The notes beneath the pieces were generated by a model. The model did no database searches. It had not been told where the DNA came from and was given only the letters and a program-made list of their open reading frames with translations. The position numbers and the translations under genes were made by a program. Of a DNA stretch of 62,137 nt, positions 48,811-59,904 are shown one piece after another; position 1 is the first letter of the stretch, and the number at the start of each line of letters is the position of its first letter. The stretch is from positions 1 through 62,137 of the forward strand of contig CAAGGA010000125.1 of the NCBI GenBank assembly GCA_900769275.1. The letters run 5' to 3'. The DNA is from an uncultured Prevotella sp. (GTDB lineage Bacteria > Bacteroidota > Bacteroidia > Bacteroidales > Bacteroidaceae).

Positions 48811-49666
48811 ATCTCAGGCTTTCACGATAGTCGAGCGGAGTGAATCCGATGTTTTTCCTGAATACTCTTATGAAATAGGATACGTCGCGGAATCCTGTTT
48901 TCTCTGCTATTTCCTTGACTGGCAGTTCTGTCGTAAGCAGGAGGCTCTGTGCATGGTGTATCTTGCATTTTATGGCATATTGTAGCGGTGATATGCCGAG
49001 CGTGCTGTTGAATATTTTCCCGATGTATGATTTTGTCACACAGGCTATGTCCGCCATCTGTTCCAGCGTGACGTTTATATGGATGTTTTTCTTGATGAAG
49101 TCAGATACTTTTATTACTCTCTCGTCTGTATAGGCAAGGCGTTTTTCGGCGTATTTCATGAAATATGATGCAAGTATCCACACGAGTCCCTGCAATTGCA
49201 TTTTCTCGTATCTTTCCATTTCTGCATATCTCCGTGCATAATCTCTGTATTCGGGGTGGTTGTTGAACTCCTCTGCACTGGAGTAGGGTAGCGAGAGTCT
49301 TGGGTATAGGTGGCAGTAATTGGTGAACAGCAGGTCGGCGGCTTCGTTTGCCTTTACGGAATATGGAAAGGAATATATGTCGAAGAATCCTGTCCGGTCG
49401 CCGTACCGTTCATATACGAACATATAATAGAATTCGAGTCCTGGTTCGCAGATATAGCTGTGAGGCATGAAGCTCGGCACGAGATACATATATCCGGGCT
49501 GTACTTCTATGTCGCGGTCGTGGAAATGCAGCGTTGCTTTTCCTGCCTTGACATAATACATCCGGGCGAAGGGTGATGAGATGTCTGTTCCTCCCCATTT
49601 GTGTGTGGTTTTTGCATACCCGATGTTGAGTATGCAGATATTGACGAGTTCCAGTCCGATTTTCAT
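48806..49666 (-). CDS. AraC family transcriptional regulator
   Basis: Cupin N-terminus; HTH IAEKTGFRDVSYFIRVFRKNIGFTPLDYR. Confidence 0.92.
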   Translation of the reverse strand: MKIGLELVNICILNIGYAKTTHKWGGTDISSPFARMYYVKAGKATLHFHDRDIEVQPGYMYLVPSFMPHSYICEPGLEFYYMFVYERYGDRTGFFDIYSFPYSVKANEAADLLFTNYCHLYPRLSLPYSSAEEFNNHPEYRDYARRYAEMERYEKMQLQGLVWILASYFMKYAEKRLAYTDERVIKVSDFIKKNIHINVTLEQMADIACVTKSYIGKIFNSTLGISPLQYAIKCKIHHAQSLLLTTELPVKEIAEKTGFRDVSYFIRVFRKNIGFTPLDYRESLRY

Positions 49667-50073
49667 GCTGTGGGTTTGCTTTTCAGGTGTTCTTTCGTCT
49701 TGTTCTCCTCGGTTGCCCTGCCTTCCCATTCTTCCCATTCTTTCATGGCGGCTTGCCAGTCCGTGGCGGGGTTGTCCTGAGTGTCGGCTTGCCCGATGGC
49801 TTTATCGCGTTCCTTGTCTCGCAGTCTTTTCGCTTTCATGTCGGCTATCGTGGCGTCGTCGAGTATCTTTATCGCTCCTCTGCTGATGGCATCTTTCAGT
49901 TCTTCTTCACCGAATGCTTTGCCTTGTTCGTTAAAGTCTGATATGTTGAACTCGAAATTGACGCGAAGCTGATGCCTGATTTGTTTCTGCTGAAACCTTG
50001 TCCCTGCATTTTTTCGGCGTAGGAGCATGGCTATGATGTCAATTTCATGCTGGCTGAATTTGTTTCTGCCCAT
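49663..50073 (-). CDS. Hypothetical basic/helical protein
   Basis: Start MGRNKFS; TAATTTTG promoter upstream; ATGA overlap with the AraC gene. Confidence 0.7.
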   Translation of the reverse strand: MGRNKFSQHEIDIIAMLLRRKNAGTRFQQKQIRHQLRVNFEFNISDFNEQGKAFGEEELKDAISRGAIKILDDATIADMKAKRLRDKERDKAIGQADTQDNPATDWQAAMKEWEEWEGRATEENKTKEHLKSKPTA

Positions 50074-50296
50074 ATTTCTGTAAAAATGAGTCTGGGGTTG
50101 GATGAAAATGTAATAAACATGTGAATATCTATGCAAAATTACAAAAAATACACGGAAAAAGCAAAAAAATATGTTAAAATCGTGATTTTGTGCGTAATTG
50201 TTTGTGGATTAAGTATTTTTTTTGATAATTTTGCTACGAGTTTATTCTGCAATAAATAAAATTCACCTAATATTAACAATTAAAAGACTACAAACG

Positions 50297-50470
50297 ATGA
50301 AAGAACTTATCGCACAGATTGCTTCTGCATACGAGGCATTCGCAAAGGACGCAAACGCTCAGGCTGAGAATGGAAACAAGGCTGCCGGTACTCGTGCCCG
50401 CAAGGCTTCTCTTGAGATTGAGAAGGCTATGAAGGCTTTCCGCAAGGCAAGTATCGAGGCTGCCAAGTAA
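50297..50470 (+). CDS. Histone H1-like (Hc1-like) small protein
   Basis: 57 aa; motif GNKAAGTRARKASLE. Confidence 0.85.
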   Translation: MKELIAQIASAYEAFAKDANAQAENGNKAAGTRARKASLEIEKAMKAFRKASIEAAK

Positions 50471-50583
50471 GGAGGCATTTGGTTGTATGGTCGTTTAGTT
50501 GTTTGGTCGTCTGCTTTCATAGATGAGCCGAGCGTAAACCTCCGAATCACCAACAGAAAGACTTTTCTTAAAGTAATAATGAA

Positions 50584-50629
50584 AAAGCCGATTTCAGGAT
50601 TTCTCCTGCTAATCGGCTTTCTTTTTTTT
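50584..50629 (+). terminator. Intrinsic terminator
   Basis: aaagccgatt...aatcggcttt followed by a T-tract. Confidence 0.8.
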
Positions 50630-50641
50630 AGGTGGGAATTA

Positions 50642-50805
50642 ACCCAAATCGGTCATTAGCGTTATGATGATAACAACTTTTGTTTTTGAACAGATGTCTC
50701 TACGTTTTGAGGGTGCAATAGGGTTCCATTGTAACCGAAAAACGGAAAGGCAGATGACAAAAAGAAAGTTTGTTAGCGCATAATAGTCTAATGGTCGATT
50801 TGGGT
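50642..50805 (+). mobile_element. 164-bp MITE, copy 2
   Basis: TIRs acccaaatcggtcattag / ctaatggtcgatttgggt. Confidence 0.85.
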
Positions 50806-50961
50806 TTAAAAGAACCCGCCTTTATTGTATTGTATGGTATGGAAAATCGATGTGTGGGCACTATATGTGACTGCCTTGACCTTACAGGCGGAGTTTATCT
50901 TTCCCAGTTACATTCTTACATTTTTGCATGTGCCGCAGTGACTTGCATGAGGGTTGTCCTG

Positions 50962-51429
50962 CTACCTGATTCTGTCGATTGACCTGACGAGTCTTTCGTC
51001 TGCCATGATGCCGTGATGGGCAAGGAGGATGAATATCATTGCTACTATCGGCAGTGACAGGGCGGAGGCGGCATGGAAAGTATGTCCCTCTCCGACGCTT
51101 GTCTGCATTATCAATGCGCCGCAGGCTATGATTTCCACGAGGATTGACAATAACTGGATGTAGCAGTGCAGTGCCTGCGTCTTCCTGTTTTTGTACATGA
51201 AGATGATAGCGAGACTATAGAATGCGTTCAATGTCAGCAGGAACAGCGGTATGGCATAGAACGGATATGAGATTTTCCCATTGTTGCCGTCAATGACTCC
51301 GAGGCTTGTTACAGTGTTTGTTGCCTCAAGGGTATCTGTTGCTTCTACGGTGCCGAGGGGCATGAACGTGGTGAGGATGAAGCTGATGATGGCAAAGAGC
51401 AGGAAAAGCGTCTGTTTCCTTTGAATCAT
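50962..51429 (-). CDS. DUF4293-like membrane protein
   Basis: Starts MIQRKQT, ends DERLVRSIDRIR; four TM segments; follows rpoZ. Confidence 0.8.
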   Translation of the reverse strand: MIQRKQTLFLLFAIISFILTTFMPLGTVEATDTLEATNTVTSLGVIDGNNGKISYPFYAIPLFLLTLNAFYSLAIIFMYKNRKTQALHCYIQLLSILVEIIACGALIMQTSVGEGHTFHAASALSLPIVAMIFILLAHHGIMADERLVRSIDRIR

Positions 51430-51432
51430 GGG

Positions 51433-51774
51433 TTAGTCCTCCTCTTCGTAATGGTGCTCCTTTGACGGGTCGCGCCAATAGACGTTCTTCTCGATGAACT
51501 CCTGTGTGGCGAGAAGTGTAGCTTTGGGAAGTTTCTCGTAGTATTGGCTTATTTCTATTTGCTCACGGTTTTCGAAGACTTCCTCCAGGCTGTCATTGTA
51601 ACTGGCAAACTCTGCAAGTTTCTTGCTGAGGTCTTGTTTTATCTCTGCGGATATCTGATTGGCGCGCTTGCCTATGATTGCAACGCTCTCGTAGATGTTG
51701 TCCGTTTCGTTGCAGAATTCCATGATGTTTCTGGTTACAGTGTTTACTGGTGCTTTTGATTTCTTGTAGTCCAT
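51433..51774 (-). CDS. rpoZ: RNA polymerase omega subunit (Bacteroidetes type)
   Basis: Motifs NIYESVAIIGKRANQI and ENREQIEIS.YYEKLPK; follows bamD. Confidence 0.88.
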   Translation of the reverse strand: MDYKKSKAPVNTVTRNIMEFCNETDNIYESVAIIGKRANQISAEIKQDLSKKLAEFASYNDSLEEVFENREQIEISQYYEKLPKATLLATQEFIEKNVYWRDPSKEHHYEEED

Positions 51775-51834
51775 TATGAGTGTTGATGTTTTGTTTTTTT
51801 TACTGATGGGGTTGGTGATGACTGGTATCTGTGC

Positions 51835-52677
51835 TTAGTTGCTTTCGGCTTTTGAGCCGGTCACTTTTCTGCATTTTGCTATATATTTTTCTGCAAGCGT
51901 CCTTTCCTTGGACTCGGGGTATTCGTTGATGAATCCGTAGCATTCGTCTTCTGCGTCCTGATAGCGCTCCAGTCGTTTTGCATCTACGCTCGATTCTGCC
52001 AGTTGGTACTTGCTTTTCATGATGAGCGATGCAAAGTCTTCACGCAGCGAGGTGTAGGGATAGTCTTTCAGTACGTTCTGTGAGGTTACTATGCACGCTT
52101 CGTAGTTGTTGCCTCCATTGGTGCAGTTGCCGAAATATGTACCGAGGTTGTAATAGAGTTTTGCGGAATACAATTCTTTTTCGACGAGTTTGTCCTGTAG
52201 TTCGTAGAGACGGTTCTGGGCAAGCTCTTTCTTTTCGCTGAGGGGGTAGATGTCCATGAAGTCCTGATAGGCTCGCATGGCGGAATATGTCTCCGACTGG
52301 TCCAGACGTGGTTCTGGTGAGCAGTTGTAGAGGCTTTCTCCTATGAGGAAACTGGCCTGTTCGCAGAAGATGCCTTTGGGGTAGGATGAGGCATATTTCC
52401 TGAATATCTCCGCTGCTGACTCGTAGTCTTTGTCGTTGTAGGATGAAAGTCCGTAGAGGAAGAGGCATTCCTCTGCGTTGTCTGTCCCCCGCATCATGTG
52501 TATCATGTCGCCGAAGAGCGTTGCGGCCTGCAGGTATTTATGCTGTGCGAATTTCTCCTTGGCGAATTCATATCTGAATGTCCAGTCGTCTGACTTATAT
52601 ACGTTGTTGAATTCCGAAGCGCATCCTGTGAGGATGAATGCTGCCGACAGGAGGAAAACTGATGGTTTCTTTGACAT
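51835..52677 (-). CDS. bamD: Outer membrane protein assembly factor BamD
   Basis: Lipobox LTGC; TPR-like helices; motif SPEPRLDQSET. Confidence 0.88.
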   Translation of the reverse strand: MSKKPSVFLLSAAFILTGCASEFNNVYKSDDWTFRYEFAKEKFAQHKYLQAATLFGDMIHMMRGTDNAEECLFLYGLSSYNDKDYESAAEIFRKYASSYPKGIFCEQASFLIGESLYNCSPEPRLDQSETYSAMRAYQDFMDIYPLSEKKELAQNRLYELQDKLVEKELYSAKLYYNLGTYFGNCTNGGNNYEACIVTSQNVLKDYPYTSLREDFASLIMKSKYQLAESSVDAKRLERYQDAEDECYGFINEYPESKERTLAEKYIAKCRKVTGSKAESN

Positions 52678-52815
52678 TGGCTTTTGTTGAAGATACTTCT
52701 TTTCAGGGTGCAAAATTACAAAAAATCCTTCTCTTTTCAAAGTTCTTGCGTCTTTTTTATGAAAAAACGGTGCTTTTATAACATTTATTTCATGGAAAAC
52801 CCTTATTTTTGCAGT

Positions 52816-54849
52816 ATGAATGAATTTACATTGACCTCAAGGTTCAGTCCGACGGGTGACCAGCCTCAGGCTATCGACCAGCTTGTTGCCGGTATCATGA
52901 ACGGCGAGCGTGCTCAGGTGTTGCAGGGCGTGACGGGTTCAGGCAAGACGTTTACGATGGCTAACGTCATCGCCCGCGTCAATCGTCCCACGCTGATTCT
53001 CAGTCATAACAAGACACTGGCTGCCCAACTCTATGAGGAGATGAAGGGGTTTTTTCCTGACAATGCCGTGGAGTATTATGTGTCCTATTATGATTATTAC
53101 CAGCCGGAGGCGTATCTCCCTTCTACGGACACTTATATCGAAAAAGATCTTGCCATTAACGATGAGATTGACCGTCTGCGTCTTTCTGCGGTGTCGTCGC
53201 TTCTGTCCGGCAGAAAGGATGTCATAGTGGTGTCTTCCGTTTCCTGCATTTACGGTATGGGCGGACCGACGGCAATGCAGGGTTCTGTCATCAGTATCAA
53301 GAAGGGCGGGCGTGTGGTCAGGAATGATTTTCTCCGTCGGCTTGTCGATGCTCTTTACGTCAGGAATGACATAGCCCTTGAGCGGGGGGAGTTTCGCGTG
53401 AAAGGTGACAGCGTGGATATTTTCATGGCTTACAGCAACAATATTCTCCGTGTGACGTTCTGGGACGATGAGATAGAGAGTATCGAGGAACTTGACAGCA
53501 ATACTTTCGGGCGCATTGCGTCGTTTGATGATTATCAGATATTTCCAGCCAATCTTTTTGTTACGGACAGGAAGCAGGTGGATTCCGCCGTGCGCATGAT
53601 TCAGGATGACTTGTCCGAGCGGATTGACTATTTCCTTTCCATTGGTGACAATATTAGGGCGCAGCGTATCAAGGAGAGGGTGGAATACGATTTGGAGATG
53701 ATAAAGGAACTGGGTCATTGTTCCGGCATAGAGAATTATTCGCGCTATTTTGACGGTCGACAGCCCGGTGAACGTCCTTATTGTCTTTTTGATTTCTTTC
53801 CTGAGGATTTCGTCCTTATGGTTGACGAGAGTCACGTGACGATACCTCAGATTCGTGCTATGTACGGTGGTGACAGGGCACGCAAGCAGAATCTTGTGGA
53901 GTTCGGCTTCCGTCTGCCTGCCGCCTTTGACAACAGACCGATGCGTTTCGAGGAGTTCGAGTCTTTCGTCAAGCAGTGTATTTACGTCTCCGCTACTCCT
54001 GCGGACTATGAACTGGAACAGGCGGAGGGCGTTGTAGTAGAGCAGATTATCCGTCCTACGGGGCTTCTCGACCCGGATATTTCCGTGCGTCCGAGTGAAA
54101 ACCAGATGGATGACCTTTTAGAGGAAATCCGAATCAGGGTGGAACGGAGGGAAAGGGTGCTTGTCACTACGCTGACAAAGAATCTTGCCGAACTTCTTAC
54201 TGAGCATCTTCTGAACAATGGTGTCAAGACCAACTATATTCATTCTGATGTTGCTACTCTCGACCGTGTGCAGGTGCTGAGTGACCTGCGGGCTGGGGTG
54301 TATGACGTGCTTGTCGGTGTCAATCTGCTCCGTGAGGGACTGGACCTCCCAGAGGTGTCGCTTGTTGCCATACTTGATGCTGACAAGGAGGGTTTCCTGA
54401 GGTCGCACCGCAGTCTTACCCAGACGGCAGGCCGTGCGGCGAGGAATGTCAGCGGCATGGTCATCATGTATGCCGACACGATAACCGGAAGTATGCGGCA
54501 GACTATTGACGAGACGCTAAGACGGAGGCGGAAGCAGATGGAGTACAATGCCCTGCATGGCATTACGCCGAAGCAGATTGTAAAGAATGTTACAGGTTCT
54601 TCTCTGAAAGCCTCTGACAGTGCTGCTTCCAATGTTTCTCCCGGGGGCTATACTTCGTATGTCGAGAGGGATTCGTGCTCCATGGTTGCCGACCCAGTCA
54701 TGGGGACTATGTCCCGCAAGCAGTTGGAGGACTGCATTCTTTATACCACTCAGAAGATGCAGGAGGCAGCAAGGGATATGGATTTCCTGCAGGCTGCCCA
54801 ATACCGTGACGAGATTATACGGCTTCGTGAGAGGTTGTCATGTTGTTAA
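52816..54849 (+). CDS. uvrB: Excinuclease ABC subunit B
   Basis: Motifs PTGDQP, GVTGSGKT, YYDYYQPEAY, DESH and NLLREGLDLPEV. Confidence 0.97.
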   Translation: MNEFTLTSRFSPTGDQPQAIDQLVAGIMNGERAQVLQGVTGSGKTFTMANVIARVNRPTLILSHNKTLAAQLYEEMKGFFPDNAVEYYVSYYDYYQPEAYLPSTDTYIEKDLAINDEIDRLRLSAVSSLLSGRKDVIVVSSVSCIYGMGGPTAMQGSVISIKKGGRVVRNDFLRRLVDALYVRNDIALERGEFRVKGDSVDIFMAYSNNILRVTFWDDEIESIEELDSNTFGRIASFDDYQIFPANLFVTDRKQVDSAVRMIQDDLSERIDYFLSIGDNIRAQRIKERVEYDLEMIKELGHCSGIENYSRYFDGRQPGERPYCLFDFFPEDFVLMVDESHVTIPQIRAMYGGDRARKQNLVEFGFRLPAAFDNRPMRFEEFESFVKQCIYVSATPADYELEQAEGVVVEQIIRPTGLLDPDISVRPSENQMDDLLEEIRIRVERRERVLVTTLTKNLAELLTEHLLNNGVKTNYIHSDVATLDRVQVLSDLRAGVYDVLVGVNLLREGLDLPEVSLVAILDADKEGFLRSHRSLTQTAGRAARNVSGMVIMYADTITGSMRQTIDETLRRRRKQMEYNALHGITPKQIVKNVTGSSLKASDSAASNVSPGGYTSYVERDSCSMVADPVMGTMSRKQLEDCILYTTQKMQEAARDMDFLQAAQYRDEIIRLRERLSCC

Positions 54850-54954
54850 GGCAGGTTCTATTAAGGGTGGTTCTGTTAAGGGTGGTTCTATTAAGGGTGG
54901 TTCTGTTAAGGGTGGTTCTGGTAAGGGTGGTTCTGTTAAGGGTGGTTCTGGTAA
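54846..54954. repeat. 15-bp tandem repeat, 7 units
   Basis: Consensus ttaagggtggttctg; first unit contains the uvrB TAA. Confidence 0.92.
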
Positions 54955-54972
54955 TTTGGTATGGTAGCCTGT

Positions 54973-57900
54973 CTATCTCGCCACCTCTTTCAGGAATATG
55001 GCATCTAAGGTCCATGTGGCGCAGGAGTTGGTAGAAATTATGTCCTTTGGCGAGAGAGGAGTGTACCTCATGTCCTGTTCGGCGGATTCGAGGATGTCGC
55101 GGTTGCCTGTCTTCCAGAAGGTATAGGCTTGCAGTCGCGGTATCTTGAATTTATTCTTGGAAATCTCCCATGCTTTTTTCTTGTATTGGGTGGCATGCTC
55201 CAGCCACGCCTTGTTCCATTCTTTGCAGTCGATGCTGAGCATCATTTCGTTCATCATCTCGAAACCTCCCATTATGGTCATGAGGTGGTTGGTGTTCTGC
55301 ACGGCGGAGTCGCCCTCCCATGTGACGATGCCGGTAGCGGGGTTGTATCCCAGTGCTTTCGGTCCGGAGAAGAGTCCATGTGGCAGGGCGGCAATACTCT
55401 TCATTCCTGCCAGTATCTTGTCAAGGTATCTGGGGTTTCCCGTGCGTTCCCATTCTGTAAACCAGTTGCCTGCATACGCCATCCAGTCAGGACCGATGCG
55501 CAGCCGTGCAGGGGCTGTGCAGGGGTATTGTGCGCTTCTTGGCTGAGCTGAGCGCATGGGGTCGAGCGTATAAAGTAGGGTGTCGGCATCGCGTACTTCG
55601 GTCATCAGGTCTCCTGCCCGTTCGTCAGCCGTGAGATAATGCAGGAATCGGTTCCAGAAAGCCTGTGATATGCGTGCCTCCTTTGCGCCGCATCCCCAGT
55701 GGGAGACGTTATGTCGTGAGCCGAGACCGGAGTGCGGGCCTGAGTGATAGCAATCCACTTCCGCCGTGTGGCGTGTCATGGCAACTGCCATGCGCCAGTA
55801 TTCTGCATCCCCCGAACGCAGGAAGTTGTACCACAACATGGCATTGGAGGCAAGTTCCGTATTGTCCCACGCATATCCTCCCACGTCGTATCTCCATTGC
55901 TGGCGTGAACGGTCGTAGGTGTGCATCACGTCACCGTAATCGAAGAATCCGTACCATGAATGCTTCTCCTGCTCCGAGATGTAGAAATCAGCAATCTCCC
56001 GTATTTCTTCGTCTCTGCGGTCGCCGTCAGGCAGGCTCCATATTCCGAAGGCTTTGCGGCTGTGCAGGTATTCCGGAGTAGGCATGAGGGCTTGGCGGGG
56101 TTGGTATGTCTCGCGTGAATTGACGTCAGCGGTGTCGGGTGCGAGATAGATGACGGAGGTGCGTGCAATGCCCTCTGCTGTACTCATGCCCGGCTGTACA
56201 TCCTCGTAGGCGGCTTCTAGTGAGTGTGCCGTCGTGTCATAGTGCGCAAATGACTTTGCTTCTGCTTCGGGGCTCCATAGCCATAGGGAGATGACAGCCT
56301 CGTCGCTCCGGGCTTTGTCCACTTGCAGCGTGGAGGGGTATGACTGCCAGAAGTCGGTGAGCGTCAGTTTCATCGAGGTTATGCCGTCGCCTGCCATGAC
56401 CACTCCGGGTGAGCGTCTCCCCTCCATCGTTCCTATCCATGGAGAGCGGGCGGTGGCGCGCTTGCGTATTGAGAATGCGTTTGGTGAGATTTGCGAGAGG
56501 CGGAAGCCGTCCCATGAGGCGAGTTGCGCTGTAATAGCCTTGCTTTTCTCGTCTCTCGGGTTGCCTTTTCCGTCCACGCTGATGGGTCTTCTTGCTATGA
56601 GAGGCTTGACGGAGAATGACTGGAAGCTGGAGTCGTCTCTTGCGAAGCTGACTCTTCTGAGATAATCGGGCTGCCGCATAGGTATTGCGGCTCTTAAGCC
56701 GAGTGATGACAATCCGTTGGTGTTCAATTCTTTATCTACGAGGAGCGTGTGTACTATTTTTATCTCGCTGCTTCCCCTGTATGCGTATATCCGCAGTGTG
56801 AATTTCTCTCCGTCTATTCTGACACAGGCTCTGTTCGTCCCGTTCTGTTCAAGGATTGTCCGTGAAGGTCTCTGTTTTATGTCATTGGCTTCTATCCATA
56901 TTTGTCCCGAGGATTTCAGTCCGGCTACCGTGATGCTGTCGATGATGTCATCGGAATTTCTGGAGATATGGACGGTGGCTTTTCCCGTGTTTATCACGAT
57001 TCTGTCGGTGTCTTCTTGTGCTACAGGCTGTGTTTTCTGTGGCTTGTTTTTTCTTTTTGCTATGGTCAGGAGGCACGAGTCGGTATTCTCGGGTATTACT
57101 CCCGCAACGGCTTTCCATTTTATGCTGCCGTCTTCCCAATAGGCGAGGTTCCATTCATCATGCGGTATCTGTCGGTTGTCCGCCGTTGCAAGTAGGAGGT
57201 TGTCGTCAGTCTTCAGTTCGCCTTTGAGGAAAGGTACGCCGAAAGTCTGCGGTGATGGCGAGGGGTTTGCCTGTCCTCCTGTCCACCGTATGGTTATGGG
57301 TGTACCTGTAATCGGTGACTCTTGGCAGGAGAAATTCTTCAGCTGTGCGTGGGCGAGGGTGGTGCGGAATCCGAAATAACCTTGGTTGAGGGGGTGGATG
57401 TCCACGTAATCCACTATACATTCCCCGTCAATATAGTATTTCACCGTTCCGAAGTGTTGCTCTATTCTGACGTGATACCAATGGTTCGGTATGAGGAGGT
57501 GTGCCGGGTCGGTATATTCTCTGATTATTTCCGGGCGGTAAGCTGTGTCGTCTATCCCCCGTGCGTCTCCTGTATAGCGGCGGAAGCGTGTCGTGGTATT
57601 GTGGTTTCCGCCGTAGCCTAAATAGTAGAGTGAGAGGGAATATTGGTTGATGAAGATGCCTTTTCGCTTGTTGATGCCTGCAAATACGTTGCCGTCTTTT
57701 TGTTCCGGGTCGGTTGCCATCCAGAAGCAGTTGAGGTCGGAGAGCCTGTTCCAGCTGTTGTCGTTCCCCTCTGCCACGACTATCCTGGCATCGTATTCTA
57801 TCGTCGTGTTGCCTTTCATCAGCCGTCTGTTCCATAGGGTCAGACCTTTTGGGGCAATGATGTCTATCGTGCCGTCGGGACAGAGGGTTACTTTGCTGTC

Positions 57901-57999
57901 CTTGCTTTCCGCCTCCGTTACCCAGTTGTCAGACAGCTTCTTGGCTGACAGGGTGGCTGACAGCATTAGTAATAGGGCGAAAAGGATGGTTCTTGTCAT
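54973..57999 (-). CDS. DUF6250/YesU-like domain fused to a YetA/rhamnogalacturonan exolyase-like domain
   Basis: Signal peptide; motifs [39 protein letters not shown] and [14 protein letters not shown]. Confidence 0.65.
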   Translation of the reverse strand: MTRTILFALLLMLSATLSAKKLSDNWVTEAESKDSKVTLCPDGTIDIIAPKGLTLWNRRLMKGNTTIEYDARIVVAEGNDNSWNRLSDLNCFWMATDPEQKDGNVFAGINKRKGIFINQYSLSLYYLGYGGNHNTTTRFRRYTGDARGIDDTAYRPEIIREYTDPAHLLIPNHWYHVRIEQHFGTVKYYIDGECIVDYVDIHPLNQGYFGFRTTLAHAQLKNFSCQESPITGTPITIRWTGGQANPSPSPQTFGVPFLKGELKTDDNLLLATADNRQIPHDEWNLAYWEDGSIKWKAVAGVIPENTDSCLLTIAKRKNKPQKTQPVAQEDTDRIVINTGKATVHISRNSDDIIDSITVAGLKSSGQIWIEANDIKQRPSRTILEQNGTNRACVRIDGEKFTLRIYAYRGSSEIKIVHTLLVDKELNTNGLSSLGLRAAIPMRQPDYLRRVSFARDDSSFQSFSVKPLIARRPISVDGKGNPRDEKSKAITAQLASWDGFRLSQISPNAFSIRKRATARSPWIGTMEGRRSPGVVMAGDGITSMKLTLTDFWQSYPSTLQVDKARSDEAVISLWLWSPEAEAKSFAHYDTTAHSLEAAYEDVQPGMSTAEGIARTSVIYLAPDTADVNSRETYQPRQALMPTPEYLHSRKAFGIWSLPDGDRRDEEIREIADFYISEQEKHSWYGFFDYGDVMHTYDRSRQQWRYDVGGYAWDNTELASNAMLWYNFLRSGDAEYWRMAVAMTRHTAEVDCYHSGPHSGLGSRHNVSHWGCGAKEARISQAFWNRFLHYLTADERAGDLMTEVRDADTLLYTLDPMRSAQPRSAQYPCTAPARLRIGPDWMAYAGNWFTEWERTGNPRYLDKILAGMKSIAALPHGLFSGPKALGYNPATGIVTWEGDSAVQNTNHLMTIMGGFEMMNEMMLSIDCKEWNKAWLEHATQYKKKAWEISKNKFKIPRLQAYTFWKTGNRDILESAEQDMRYTPLSPKDIISTNSCATWTLDAIFLKEVAR

Positions 58000-59072
58000 A
58001 GACGGGTGGTTTTGTTCTGAAGGTAGGCATCGAGTATGGTCATTGCAGCCATGGCTTCGACGATGGGGACTGCGCGCGGCAGTACGCATGGGTCGTGTCT
58101 TCCTCTGGCTTTCAGCGTGGTGGGATTGCCTTGCTTATCGACTGTCTGCTGTTCCATGAGGATTGTTGCCACGGGTTTGAAAGCTACCCGGAAGAAGATG
58201 TCTTCTCCGTTGGATATTCCGCCCTGTATTCCACCGCTGTGATTGGTCAGGGTGCGGATGTTGCCGTCGGCATCGGTGATGAAGCGGTCATTCTGTCGTG
58301 ACCCTGACTGCGCGACTCCTCCGAAGCCTTCACCGTATTCGAAGCCTTTTGCAGCATTGATGCTGAGCATGGCATGGGCGAGGACAGCGTGCAGTTTGTC
58401 AAATTCCGGTTCGCCGAGACCTGCGGGGCATCCTTTGACGATGCAGGTGATGACTCCGCCCACCGTGTCGCCTTTTGCCTTTACCTCGCTGATGAACCGT
58501 TCCATCTCTTCGGCTTTCTCCAGGTCGGGACATCGCACGGCATTGGTTTCCGTGAGGCTGAGGTCGTAATGCCTGTAGTCCTCTTCGAGACGAATCTCGC
58601 CGACCTGTGACGTATATGCCTGCACGGAGACTCCTATCTGCCGCAGTGCGAGTTTCGCCAATGCTCCTGCCACGCACCTGCCTATGGTTATTCGGGCTGA
58701 TGTCCTGCCTCCTCCGCGATGGTCACGTATTCCGTATTTCGTCTGGTATGTGTAGTCGGCGTGTGACGGACGGAACGTGCAGCGCATATTCTCATAGTCC
58801 TGAGAGTGCTGGTTCGTGTTCCTGACGATGAATCCTATGGGGCATCCGGTCGATTTTCCCTCGAAGACCCCTGAGAGAAATTCTACCTTGTCTGCTTCGT
58901 TGCGTGACGTGGTGATTTTGCTCTGTCCCGGTCTTCTGCGTGACAGTTCCGCCTGCACGAAATCCATGTCGATGTCAATGCCGGCAGGCATTCCATCTAC
59001 CACGCCGCCTATAGCGCTGCCGTGGCTTTCTCCGAATGTCGTTATCGTGAAGATTTTTCCGAAAGTGTTCAT
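57996..59072 (-). CDS. aroC: Chorismate synthase
   Basis: Motifs [32 protein letters not shown] and RHDPC. Confidence 0.97.
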   Translation of the reverse strand: MNTFGKIFTITTFGESHGSAIGGVVDGMPAGIDIDMDFVQAELSRRRPGQSKITTSRNEADKVEFLSGVFEGKSTGCPIGFIVRNTNQHSQDYENMRCTFRPSHADYTYQTKYGIRDHRGGGRTSARITIGRCVAGALAKLALRQIGVSVQAYTSQVGEIRLEEDYRHYDLSLTETNAVRCPDLEKAEEMERFISEVKAKGDTVGGVITCIVKGCPAGLGEPEFDKLHAVLAHAMLSINAAKGFEYGEGFGGVAQSGSRQNDRFITDADGNIRTLTNHSGGIQGGISNGEDIFFRVAFKPVATILMEQQTVDKQGNPTTLKARGRHDPCVLPRAVPIVEAMAAMTILDAYLQNKTTRL

Positions 59073-59091
59073 GAGGTAAGGTGGTAACGGG

Positions 59092-59724
59092 TTATTCACA
59101 CTTGTCTTCCTGACAGCCGTTTTGGCAGTCGCCCTGACAGCCGCCATCGCATTCTCCGCCGCAATTGCCGCATTCTCCGCCGCAATTGCCGCATTCTCCG
59201 CCGCAATTGCCGCATCCTCCGCTGCATCCTCCGCTCATGTGGCTTACCATTGCCTGTATCTCTGCATTTGTCGTCTCGCGTTTCTCCACCACGCTGCCCG
59301 TAAAGTTCAGCGTCTTGCCTGCAAGGGGATGATTGAGGTCTATCCTGACTTTTTTCTCGGAGATAGCCAGCACCCGTCCCATGAAGCGGTTGCCATCGGC
59401 ATTCTGCAGCGGTACTATGGCATCGATGTAGATATGCTCGGTGTCCAGTTTTCCGTCAATGCAGAAGATGTTTTTGTCGAGTTCCACGATGCGTTCCTGA
59501 TAGTGTTCTCCGTATGCTTCATCTTTCTCCAAAACGAAGTCGAAACTGTCTCCGACTTCGAGGCAGGTGATGTTTTCCTCAAAGCGGGGCAGCGTCATGG
59601 AGAGCCCTGAAATGAATCGGAACGGTTGTCCGGCAGGAGCTTCCTCCACCATTGTTTTTTCTCCGTCAGTTATCGTGTAGAGCTTGTATGCGACTCCGTA
59701 GGTGTAGTTCTTGTTTTCTTCCAT
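59092..59724 (-). CDS. slyD: FKBP-type PPIase, SlyD-like, with Cys/Gly-rich tail
   Basis: Motifs EAYG and [14 protein letters not shown]; tail with 12 Cys. Confidence 0.88.
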   Translation of the reverse strand: MEENKNYTYGVAYKLYTITDGEKTMVEEAPAGQPFRFISGLSMTLPRFEENITCLEVGDSFDFVLEKDEAYGEHYQERIVELDKNIFCIDGKLDTEHIYIDAIVPLQNADGNRFMGRVLAISEKKVRIDLNHPLAGKTLNFTGSVVEKRETTNAEIQAMVSHMSGGCSGGCGNCGGECGNCGGECGNCGGECDGGCQGDCQNGCQEDKCE

Positions 59725-59904
59725 CGTTTTGTTGTTGTTTTGTTGTTTTGTTGTTTAGTTGTTTAGTTGGTTGCTTGGTTGATGGCATTCGCCTCCATTG
59801 CCAAGACAGGCAGCCATACAACTGAACTGGTGAACCGTCTGACCGTAAATAAACTATGCAAAGGTAATGAAAAAATATGACAATACAAAATATTCTGTCA
59901 GGAA

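Noticed and set aside
48677..48985. ORF with IFLILK repeats, and the VVLLR/GGSVK ORFs at 54620-55034
   Set aside because: Translations of tandem repeats that overlap real genes
54846..54954. Possible CRISPR array (also considered for 48717-48810 and 8326-8390)
   Set aside because: Units are contiguous with no unique spacers, and no cas genes are in the window
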